A stretch of DNA of 64,000 nucleotides from TPA_inf: Saccharomyces. Lineage: Eukaryota. Positions 51,210 to 63,047 of the stretch are shown here, in pieces. Each line of letters begins with the position of its first letter. The first letter of the stretch is position 1. Under the pieces are notes generated by a model, which made no database searches, was not told the DNA's origin, and worked only from the letters and a program-made list of their open reading frames with translations. The translations under genes were made by a program, and so were the position numbers. The DNA lies in NCBI GenBank assembly GCA_000146045.2, contig BK006938.2, positions 928,001 to 992,000 on the forward strand, written 5' to 3'.

Positions 51210-52973
51210 ATTAGGACGTCCCAAGTAACGAACGGTCTACAATTGACTATTCTATAGAACGCGCTAAAATCTCAGCCAAGGAAAAGAGTTTTCAAATTTA
51301 TATAGGCGACGACGTATTCTCGAGAATTTGCGTTTTTCATTGTATTGTTTATTTTCTTCTTTTTTCGCGGGACTTATTTCTTGAACTCTGTCCGTAAATA
51401 GAATTAAAGGGACACATTTTTGCAGCGTCCCTGACCTTGTGATGTTTCAAAATAAACGCACACATTATTTTTAAATGGCAATTTCACGTAGTTTTAGTGG
51501 TTTGAAAATAATGATAAAATTTGGGCATTAATTGTGCAGATTATCAGTCAAAAAGTGAATCGAAATGTATCCCAATACAATTTCATGTGCATATTTCACT
51601 ACTACGAAGTGAATATTGTAAAAATCACGTTATGACATAACTGCTTTTAGTAAATCTATAAATTAAATGATTAATAGACATGTACCCGAGGATAATAGGA
51701 TTGGCGAAACTGGATATTTGTTTGTAGTATCACAGGTTAACATTATCGTTTTAGGACCTTTTTCACTTTGTCTGGTGATCTTGGGGAATCTCTATATCTT
51801 GAGATACTTGATTTAATTAGGCCTCCATAACCAGATTATGCATATTCGATTGGCAATGAATAACTTATAACTGAACGAGTTGTATCATTATCGATATCGT
51901 TATATATGGTATATCCAGGACTGACAGTCAACATATCACTTGACACTACCTTAAAATATTCAGGATTTACTAGGTATAATAGACAACAGACTAGTTAACG
52001 ACAAATACTGAACATAGAGACGTACAAAATATGATACTTGTGTTCCTGCCACAGCAAAGTTGATGTACTTAGTTGACTGTATATAATTTTTTTCTTTCAA
52101 CCTCTGCTTTATCTAACATTATTTGGCATTTTTTTATTTCTATCTAGTTAGATTTTAACTATAATCTGCTTATTCAGTATACAGTGTATTCTCTATTTTA
52201 TTTTTTTGTTATTTTTACATGTTTTCAATTTAGTCTACTAAGATTATATGTTACAATTCAGGTACTCCGTCAAATAGCCCCCTTAAAATACTGCTTATGT
52301 GCACCTGGCATGAAGATTGGTATGATATGCATATGATATGTTCTATTTCTAGGTTTATTGACTCTATGTTTTCTTTCTAAAAAATCTTGAACATGGTCGC
52401 GACAGCTACTTTGACAATCATTGATAATCAGCCGTGCGTCAGAACTGAAGGTCTGCTAAATGAGCAGAAGAAGCCAGAGCGTAAAGTTTTCTGTACGAAT
52501 AAAGAGGGGGGAAAGCCGTATTTTTTATTGAACGACTGCAGAACGGAGGATTATGACTGTTGTTATGAAAATAGCTAATATACAATATATGTGAAACTCC
52601 TTCGCAAGTATAATAACTCACATAGTCTTTGCTCTTCGCCATCAGTTACAAAGTGCGCTGCAACTTCCGAAATGCGATAAGTCGTGATGCGGTTACCTCG
52701 ATATCGAAACCTTCTGTTTGTCCGTAAAATATCGTGTAACACTAAAGCATACTTTTTCTCATCGATTTATGGCTCATCGACCAACCGAATTCTTTGATAG
52801 TTAATGTATGCTGCAGGCAGAAGGGCAGCCGTAGGTATAAAAAAGACTAGAGTTCACGATCCAAGCACTATTTGCCATTTTTGTGCCCTTTCAAATTATT
52901 CTTTTTTATCGCATTGTCATTCTGGTACTATTAAAGTAAAATTAAAAAGATTGAGGAAAATTTTTGGTAAAAA

Positions 52974-53055
52974 CGACAACTGCAGGACTCGAACCTGCGC
53001 GGGCAAAGCCCAAAAGATTTCTAATCTTTCGCCTTAACCACTCGGCCAAGTTGCC
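52974..53055 (-). tRNA. tRNA-Ser (anticodon AGA), 82 nt, no intron
   Basis: Reverse complement GGCAACTTGGCCGAGTGGTTAAGGCGAAAGATTAGAAATCTTTTGGGCTTTGCCCGCGCAGGTTCGAGTCCTGCAGTTGTCG, the canonical yeast tRNA-Ser(AGA) with long variable arm. T5 terminator on its strand at 52969-52973. Confidence 0.92.
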
Positions 53056-53143
53056 TCAATTTACAAGTAATTTGAATATTATTAGATAGTATGATGCAGT
53101 ATTATGACACACATCTAAACGTTAATAAAACACACATGCAACT

Positions 53144-53170
53144 TGTTGGAATAAAAATCCACTATCGTCT
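53144..53170 (+). mobile_element. 27-bp 5' fragment of an older delta LTR, interrupted by the Ty2 insertion; its continuation is at 59135-59149
   Basis: TGTTGGAATAAAAATCCACTATCGTCT directly precedes the Ty2 5' LTR. After the Ty2, ATCAACTAATAGTTA continues the delta alignment. Confidence 0.7.
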
Positions 53171-53461
53171 TGTTGGAATAAAAATCAACTATCATCTACT
53201 AACTAGTATTTACGTTACTAGTATATTATCATATACGGTGTTAGAAGATGACGCAAATGATGAGAAATAGTCATCTAAATTAGTGGAAGCTGAAACGCAA
53301 GGATTGATAATGTAATAGGATCAATGAATATTAACATATAAAATGATGATAATAATATTTATAGAATTGTATAGAATTGCAGATTCCCTTTTATGGATTC
53401 CTAAATCCTCGAGGAGAACTTCTAGTATATCTACATACCTAATATTATAGCCTTAATCACA

Positions 53462-54778
53462 ATGGAATCCCAACAATTACATCAAAATCCACATTCTCTA
53501 CATGGTAGCGCCGCTGCTTCGGTTACTTCTAAGGAAGTCCCATCAAATCAAGATCCGTTAGCCGTTTCAGCTTCCAATTTACCGGAATTTGATAGAGATT
53601 CCACTAAGGTTAATTCTCAACAAGAGACAACACCTGGGACATCAGCTGTTCCAGAGAACCATCATCATGTCTCTCCTCAACCTGCTTCAGTACCACCTCC
53701 ACAGAATGGACAGTACCAACAGCACGGCATGATGACCCCAAACAAAGCTATGGCCTCTAACTGGGCACATTACCAACAACCATCTATGATGACGTGTTCA
53801 CATTATCAAACGTCACCTGCGTATTATCAACCGGACCCACACTATCCGCTGCCACAGTATATCCCACCGCTGAGTACTTCCTCACCTGATCCAATCGATT
53901 CACAGAATCAACACTCTGAAGTACCTCAAGCTAAGACAAAGGTGAGAAATAACGTCTTACCACCACACACTTTAACATCAGAAGAAAACTTTTCTACATG
54001 GGTTAAATTTTACATCAGATTTTTGAAGAACTCTAATCTCGGTGACATAATTCCAAATGACCAGGGTGAAATCAAAAGACAAATGACTTATGAAGAACAT
54101 GCGTATATATACAATACCTTCCAAGCATTTGCCCCATTTCATTTATTGCCAACATGGGTAAAACAAATTTTAGAAATTAATTATGCTGACATCCTTACAG
54201 TCCTTTGTAAAAGTGTGTCCAAAATGCAAACTAACAATCAAGAATTAAAGGATTGGATAGCTCTTGCCAACCTTGAGTACGACGGAAGTACATCTGCTGA
54301 TACATTTGAAATTACAGTCAGTACGATCATTCAGAGGCTAAAAGAAAACAATATCAATGTTAGCGACAGATTGGCCTGTCAACTAATACTTAAAGGTCTA
54401 TCCGGTGATTTCAAATACCTACGTAATCAATATCGTACCAAAACGAACATGAAACTTTCCCAATTATTCGCTGAAATTCAATTAATATATGACGAAAATA
54501 AAATCATGAATCTAAATAAACCGTCCCAATACAAACAACACAGCGAATACAAAAATGTTTCTCGCACATCTCCAAACACGACTAACACGAAGGTTACAAG
54601 TCGTAATTATCATAGAACAAATAGTTCAAAACCAAGAGCAGCAAAAGCTCACAATATTGCTACATCCAGTAAATTCTCAAGGGTGAACAATGATCACATT
54701 AATGAATCAACCGTTTCATCACAATACTTAAGCGATGACAACGAACTTAGTCTTAGGCCAGCAACAGAAAGAATCTAA
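53462..54778 (+). CDS. Ty2 TYA (Gag), 438 aa; ATG lies inside the 5' LTR
   Basis: ORF track 53462-54778; Ty2-type Gag sequence. Confidence 0.9.
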
Positions 54779-57700
54779 GCCAACACGCACAATAGACTCG
54801 AATGACGAACTACCTGATCACCTTCTTATTGATTCAGGAGCTTCGCAAACGCTTGTCAGATCAGCCCATTATTTACACCATGCAACACCCAATTCTGAAA
54901 TAAACATAGTCGATGCTCAAAAACAAGACATTCCTATAAATGCCATTGGTAATCTTCACTTCAACTTTCAGAACGGCACCAAAACATCAATAAAAGCACT
55001 ACACACACCAAACATAGCCTATGATCTATTAAGTTTGAGTGAGCTGGCTAACCAAAATATTACTGCCTGCTTTACCAGAAACACTTTAGAAAGATCGGAT
55101 GGTACAGTACTAGCTCCCATAGTCAAACATGGAGACTTTTACTGGTTATCTAAAAAATACCTAATTCCTTCGCACATTTCAAAGCTAACAATAAACAACG
55201 TCAACAAAAGCAAAAGCGTAAATAAATATCCATATCCGTTAATACATCGAATGCTTGGACATGCTAACTTCCGAAGTATTCAGAAGTCTCTTAAGAAGAA
55301 TGCAGTTACATATTTGAAAGAATCGGATATTGAATGGTCTAACGCTAGCACATATCAATGTCCTGACTGTCTAATCGGCAAAAGCACGAAACATAGGCAT
55401 ATCAAAGGATCACGACTAAAGTACCAAGAATCATATGAGCCTTTTCAGTACTTGCATACCGATATATTTGGTCCTGTACATCACTTACCGAAAAGTGCAC
55501 CTTCTTACTTTATATCGTTTACAGATGAGAAAACCAGATTCCAATGGGTCTACCCATTACACGACCGTCGTGAAGAATCTATCCTCAATGTTTTTACATC
55601 GATATTAGCATTTATTAAGAACCAATTCAATGCTCGCGTTCTAGTTATCCAGATGGATCGTGGCTCCGAGTACACTAACAAAACTCTTCATAAGTTCTTT
55701 ACGAACAGAGGTATTACTGCATGCTATACAACCACGGCAGATTCTAGAGCACACGGTGTCGCTGAACGATTAAATCGTACTTTATTAAACGATTGTCGCA
55801 CACTGCTTCATTGCAGTGGTCTACCAAATCATCTATGGTTCTCAGCAGTCGAATTTTCTACTATAATCAGAAATTCATTAGTCTCACCAAAAAACGATAA
55901 ATCTGCAAGACAACATGCAGGTTTAGCTGGACTGGACATTACTACTATACTACCTTTCGGTCAACCGGTTATAGTTAACAACCATAATCCCGACTCGAAA
56001 ATACATCCTCGTGGCATTCCAGGTTACGCCTTACATCCGTCACGAAACTCTTATGGCTATATTATCTATCTTCCATCATTAAAAAAGACAGTAGATACTA
56101 CCAATTACGTTATATTACAAGACAACCAATCCAAATTGGACCAATTCAATTATGATACACTCACCTTTGATGATGATCTCAATCGTTTAACAGCCCATAA
56201 CCAATCTTTTATTGAACAAAATGAAACGGAGCAGTCATATGATCAAAATACAGAATCTGATCATGACTATCAATCGGAGATTGAAATAAACTCTGATCCT
56301 CTAGTGAACGATTTCTCGTCCCAATCATTGAACCCTTTACAATTAGACAAGGAACCAGTCCAAAAGGTACGTGCACCAAAAGAAGTTGATGCCGACATAT
56401 CTGAATACAATATTCTTCCATCTACTATACGATCTCGTACACCCCATATCATTAATAAAGAGAGTACCGAAATGGGTGGTACCATTGAATCAGATACTAC
56501 TTCACCTAGACACTCGTCTACCTTCACTGCACGAAACCAAAAGCGACCTGGTAGTCCCAACGATATGATTGATTTGACCTCACAGGATAGAGTTAATTAT
56601 GGACTTGAAAACATCAAAACTACACGTTTGGGTGGTACGGAGGAACCATATATTCAACGAAATAGTGATACAAATATCAAATACAGGACTACAAATAGTA
56701 CGCCCTCAATAGATGACCGTTCGTCCAACAGTGAATCCACTACTCCCATCATCTCCATAGAAACAAAGGCTGTATGTGATAATACACCCTCCATTGATAC
56801 GGATCCGCCAGAATATCGATCTTCTGACCATGCGACTCCTAATATAATGCCTGACAAATCCTCAAAAAATGTTACGGCTGATTCTATTCTTGACGACCTC
56901 CCACTTCCTGACTTAACTAATAAATCTCCTACGGACACTTCTGATGTTTCAAAAGATATTCCACACATACACTCTCGTCAGACTAATTCCAGTTTGGGTG
57001 GTATGGATGATTCTAATGTTCTGACTACTACCAAAAGTAAGAAAAGATCATTAGAAGATAATGAAACTGAAATTGAGGTATCCCGAGACACATGGAATAA
57101 TAAGAATATGAGAAGTCTGGAACCACCAAGATCGAAGAAACGCATAAATTTAATTGCAGCAATAAAAGGAGTGAAATCGATCAAACCAGTTCGAACGACC
57201 TTAAGATATGATGAAGCAATTACATATAATAAAGACAACAAAGAAAAAGACAGATATGTTGAAGCTTATCATAAAGAAATTAGCCAACTATTGAAAATGA
57301 ACACTTGGGATACAAACAAATATTATGATAGAAATGACATAGATCCTAAAAAAGTAATAAACTCAATGTTTATATTTAACAAGAAACGTGATGGTACACA
57401 CAAAGCTAGATTTGTTGCAAGAGGCGACATTCAACACCCCGATACATATGATTCTGATATGCAATCCAATACCGTACATCACTATGCACTGATGACGTCA
57501 TTGTCAATCGCATTAGACAATGACTATTATATCACACAGCTGGACATATCCTCTGCTTACTTATATGCTGATATCAAAGAAGAATTATACATAAGACCTC
57601 CACCACATTTAGGTTTGAATGATAAGTTACTACGTTTGAGAAAATCACTCTATGGTTTGAAACAAAGTGGTGCAAACTGGTATGAAACCATTAAATCATA

Positions 57701-58775
57701 TTTAATAAATTGTTGCGACATGCAAGAAGTTCGCGGATGGTCATGCGTATTTAAGAATAGTCAAGTAACAATTTGCTTATTCGTTGATGATATGATATTA
57801 TTCAGCAAAGACTTAAATGCAAATAAGAAAATCATAACAACACTCAAGAAACAATACGATACAAAGATAATAAATCTGGGTGAAGGTGATAACGAAATTC
57901 AGTACGACATACTTGGATTAGAGATCAAATATCAAAGAAGCAAGTACATGAAATTAGGTATGGAAAAATCCTTGACAGAAAAATTACCCAAACTAAACGT
58001 ACCTTTGAACCCAAAAGGAAAGAAACTTAGAGCTCCAGGTCAACCAGGTCATTATATAGACCAGGATGAACTAGAAATAGATGAAGATGAATACAAAGAG
58101 AAAGTGCATGAAATGCAAAAGTTGATTGGTCTAGCTTCATATGTTGGATATAAATTTAGATTTGACTTACTATACTACATCAACACACTTGCTCAACATA
58201 TACTATTCCCCTCTAGGCAAGTTTTAGACATGACATATGAATTGATACAGTTCATATGGAATACGAGAGATAAGCAATTAATATGGCACAAAAGCAAACC
58301 TGTTAAGCCAACAAATAAATTAGTTGTTATAAGCGATGCATCGTATGGTAACCAACCGTATTATAAATCACAAATTGGCAACATATATTTACTTAATGGA
58401 AAAGTGATTGGAGGAAAGTCGACAAAGGCTTCGTTAACATGCACTTCAACTACAGAAGCAGAAATACACGCAGTCAGTGAAGCTATACCGCTATTGAATA
58501 ACCTCAGTCACCTTGTGCAAGAACTTAACAAGAAACCAATTATTAAAGGCTTACTTACTGATAGTAGATCAACGATCAGTATAATTAAGTCTACAAATGA
58601 AGAGAAATTTAGAAACAGATTTTTTGGCACAAAGGCAATGAGACTTAGAGATGAAGTATCAGGTAATAATTTATACGTATACTACATCGAGACCAAGATG
58701 AACATTGCTGATGTGATGACAAAACCTCTTCCGATAAAAACATTTAAACTATTAACTAACAAATGGATTCATTAG
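54735..58775 (+). CDS. Ty2 TYB (protease-integrase-RT-RNase H), made as a Gag-Pol fusion by +1 frameshift at CTTAGGC (54752-54758)
   Basis: Open +1 frame overlapping the TYA end. Motifs: DSGAS (protease), integrase HHCC/DDE region, YxDD-like VDDM (RT) and RNase H at the C-terminus, KWIH stop. Confidence 0.9.
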
Positions 58776-59533
58776 ATCTATTACATTATGGGTGGTATGT
58801 TGGAATAAAAATCAACTATCATCTACTAACTAGTATTTACGTTACTAGTATATTATCATATACGGTGTTAGAAGATGACGCAAATGATGAGAAATAGTCA
58901 TCTAAATTAGTGGAAGCTGAAACGCAAGGATTGATAATGTAATAGGATCAATGAATATTAACATATAAAATGATGATAATAATATTTATAGAATTGTATA
59001 GAATTGCAGATTCCCTTTTATGGATTCCTAAATCCTCGAGGAGAACTTCTAGTATATCTACATACCTAATATTATAGCCTTAATCACAATGGAATCCCAA
59101 CAATTACATCAAAATCCACATTCTCTACACGTCTATCAACTAATAGTTATGAGATATATGTGGGTAATTAGATAATTGTTGGGATTCCATTGTTGATAAA
59201 GGCTATAATATTAGGTATACAGAATATACTAGAAGTTCTCCTCGAGGATTTAGGAATCCATAAAAGGGAATCTGCAATTCTACACAATTCTATAAATATT
59301 ATTATCATCGTTTTATATGTTAATATTCATTGATCCTATTACATTATCAATCCTTGCGTTTCAGCTTCCACTAATTTAGATGACTATTTCTCATCATTTG
59401 CGTCATCTTCTAACACCGTATATGATAATATACTAGTAACGTAAATACTAGTTAGTAGATGATAGTTGATTTTTATTCCAACATACCACCCATAATGTAA
59501 TAGATCTAATGAATCCATTTGTTTGTTAATAGT

Positions 59534-62500
59534 TTAAATGTTTTTATCGGAAGAGGTTTTGTGTTTGTGCCATATTAATTGTTTATCTCTAGTGTCCCAC
59601 ATGAATTGTATTAACTCATATGTCATGTCTAAAACTTGCCTAGAGGGGAATAGTATATGTTGAGCAAGTGTGTTGATGTAGTATAGTAAGTCAAATCTAA
59701 ATTTATATCCAACATATGAAGCTAGACCAATCAACTTTTGCATTTCATGTACCTTCTCTTTGTATTCATCTTCATCTATTTCTAGTTCATCCTGGTCTAT
59801 ATAAAGACCTGGTTGACCTGGAGCGCTAAGTTTTCTTCCTTTTGGATTCAAAGGTACGTTTAATTTGGGTATTTTCTCAGTTAATGAGTTTTCCATACCT
59901 AATTTCATGTATTTACCTCTTTGATATTTGATTTCTAAGCCAAGTATGTCATATTGAATTTCCTCATCACTTTCGCCTAGATTTATAATCTTGGTGTCGT
60001 ATTGCATCTTAAGCTTCTCTATAATTCTTTTGTTTGAATTTAGATTTTTGCTAAACAATACCATATCATCTACGAATAAACAAATTGTCACTTGACTGTT
60101 TTTAAATACGCATGACCATCCACGAACTTCTTCCATACCACATTGTTGTATCAGGTATGATTTGATAGTTTCGTACCAGTTCGCTCCACTTTGTTTCAAT
60201 CCATAAAGTGATTTCTTCAAACGTATCAACTTATCATTCATTCCTAAATGTGGTGGAGGTCTTATGTATAATTCTTCTTTGATGTCTGCATACAAATATG
60301 CCGAAGATATGTCTAATTGTGTAATATAGTAGTTATTGTCTAATGCAAGTGACAGGGATGTCATTAATGCATAGTGATGTACGGTATTGGATTGCATGCC
60401 TGAGTCGTAAGTGTCAGGATGCTGAATATCACCTCTTGCAACAAATCTAGCTTTATGAGTACCGTCACGTTTCTTGTTGAAGATAAACATTGAGTTTATT
60501 ACTCTTTTAGGGTCTATTTCTTTTCTGTCATAATATTCGTCAGTGTCCCAAGTTTTCATCTTCAACAGTTGATTGACTTCTTTGTGGTATGCCTCGATAT
60601 ATTTTTCTTTTTCTTTAATATCTTTATTATAGGTGATTGCCTCATCGTATCGTAAGGTTGTCCGTATTGGTTTGATTGATTTTACTGCTTTTACAGCTGC
60701 AATCAGGTGAATTCGTTTCTTCGATCTCGGAGGTTCTAAACTACGCATATTCTTAGTATTCCATGTGTCTCGTGATACCTTAATTTCAGTTTCATTATCT
60801 TCTAATGATCTTTTCTTACTGTTGATAGTAGTATAGGCATTAGAGTCACCAATACCACCCAAACTGGAATTAGTTTGACGAGAATTTATCGGTGGGAGTT
60901 CTTTAAATGGGTCAGGGAATTCGGTAGGAGATTCTGGAGGTAGATCAGGGAGTGGGAGATCAGCGATGATAGATTCCTCGGTATTCTGTTCAGAAACAGT
61001 AGTTGGCGTTTTGATAGGAACAATATTGTGCGATGAATTATTTTCCGGTGGAGAAGCATCGATTGAAGGTGAACGGTGTATAATCCTTTTCTCAGTCTCT
61101 TGGTCACTTATCTGCGGAACAGTTTTGTTGTTGGTACCACCCGTACTGGATATTGGTACGTTTGTATGATTAGTCTCATTTTCACTGTACGAGTCTGAGT
61201 GTCTGAAATCTTTAGATTTACTGGCGTGCGACGACTCATGTGTGTTAGATTGGGACATGGGAGCAAGTAAAGGAACATTTAATTTATGCATACCACCCGA
61301 ACCGGTACTCTCGATATTGGAAATTTGGGGGGTGCTAGATCTCTTCTTTGATGGAAGAATATTAGATTCAGATATGTTGGGGTCAACTTCTCTGGGTGCG
61401 CGAATATTGGTTTTAGAAACACGTTTCGAATCTTCAGTATGAGTTGACGGAGGTGTGGAATCGGTTGGACTCACAGCTTTTGAAAGGACATTTCTCGGTT
61501 GCTCAGGATGTAGTTCAATGTCGGATTGGAAGTCATGGTCAGATTCTATGTTAAGATCATTGGATTCTTGGATCTCATTTGACGCAATGAACGAATGATA
61601 TGAAGCAGTTAAACGGTTTAAGTCTTCATCGAAAGTGAGTGCGTCGTAATTGAATTGATCTAATCTGGATTCCTTGCCCTGAAGAATAACATAGTTAGTT
61701 GTATCTACTGTCTTCTTTAAGGATGGAAGATAGATGATATATCCATAAGAGTTTCGAGACGGATGTAGAGCGTAGCCTGGGATGCCACGAGGATGTATTT
61801 TGGAGTTAGGGTTGTGATCATTGACGATAACAGGTTGACCGAAAGGTAACAAAGTACTGATATCAAGTCCTGCCAAGCCAGCATGTTGTCTTGCAGATTT
61901 TTTGCTTTTAGGTGAAGCTAGTGAATTTCTCACAATAGTAGAAAATTCGATTGCAGAGAACCATAAATGGTTCGGTAAACCACTACATTGCAGTTGAGTA
62001 CGGCAGTCATCTAATAAGGTACGGTTTAGCCGTTCAGCGACTCCATGTGCTCGGGAATCCGCTGTGGTTGTATAGCATGGAGTTATACCATTTTTTTCAA
62101 GGAATTTATGGAGAGTTCTGTTAGTATACTCAGAACCACGGTCCATTTGTATAACCAAGACACTGGCCTGAAACTGGTTTTTAATAAAAGCTAGTATCGT
62201 AGTAAAAACATCGAGGATAGAGTCCTCGCGACGGTCGTGTAATGGATAAACCCAACGGAATTTTGTTGTCTCATCAGTAAATGAGATGAAATAGGATGGT
62301 GCACTATTTGGTAGGTTGTGAACTGGACCAAATATGTCAGTATGTAGGTATTGAAAGGGTTCGTATGAATTTTGGTATTTTAGTCGTGAACCTTTGATAT
62401 GTCTGTGTTTGGTGCTTTTGCCGATTAAACAATCAGGACATTGATAGTCAATAGCACTAGACCAGTCGACATCTGATTCGTTAAAATACGTGATGGTGTT

Positions 62501-63047
62501 ATTTTTAAGTGAGTATCGAATTGTCTGTGCATTGGCATGCGCAAGCATTCGATGAATGAAAGGATAAGGATATTTGCGTGTACTTTCACTTGTATGGACA
62601 TTATTGATGGTGGGTACGGAGATATTTGATGGAAGCAAGTACTTTTTAGATACCCAGTAAAAGTCTCCATATTTTACGATAGGTGCAAGTACAGTGCCGT
62701 CAGACCGTTCTAAGACGTTTTTGGTAAAGCATGCTGTGATATCTACTGCAGCCAATTCATTCAAACTGAGTAAGTCATAGGCTATGTTAGGAGTGTGCAA
62801 TACCTTTATTGATGTTTTGGTGTTGTCCTGGAAGTGAAATTGTAGGTCACCAATAGCGTTAATTGGTATATTTCTTTTTTGAGCATCAACTACGTTTATG
62901 TCAGGATTAGATGATGCTGAGTGTATGTGATGAGCAGATCTTATAAGGGTTCGTGATGCTCCTGAATCGAGAAGGAGGTGTCCAGGGAGTTCATCATCAG
63001 AATGATTAGTATGATTTACTGTAGATTCAGTAAGTTTCTGGCCTAAG
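59534..63047 (-). CDS. Ty1 TYB, entered by +1 frameshift at CTTAGGC (complement at 63041-63047); ends prematurely at 59534 because of an internal deletion in RNase H
   Basis: Frame reads ...[14 protein letters not shown] where the intact Ty2 copy continues for about 160 more residues. The C-terminal Pol codons ([17 protein letters not shown]) are still present downstream but out of frame. Confidence 0.8.

Larger units (their letters stand above)
53171..59129 (+). mobile_element. Full-length Ty2 retrotransposon, 5959 bp, with 332-bp LTRs at 53171-53502 and 58798-59129; flanked by 5-bp TSD CGTCT
   Basis: Identical terminal direct repeats TGTTGGAATAAAAATCAAC...TTCTCTACA. PBS TGGTAGCGCC at 53503 (tRNA-iMet) and polypurine tract GGGTGGTA before the 3' LTR. 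Gag N-terminus [38 protein letters not shown] is Ty2-type. Confidence 0.93.

Noticed and set aside
56209-57241. Antisense ORFs inside Ty2 TYB (56209-56421, 56270-56560, 56654-56968, 56978-57241) and inside Ty1 (60886-61107, 62425-62670, 63147-63329, 63417-63629)
   Set aside because: Embedded in retrotransposon Pol/Gag coding sequence on the opposite strand; no evidence for function.
59130-59149. 20-bp spacer between the two Ty elements as a possible independent element or second TSD for the Ty1
   Set aside because: Fully explained as TSD (CGTCT) plus the 3' continuation of the interrupted delta stub. The Ty1's own TSD cannot be assessed because its 5' end is outside the window.
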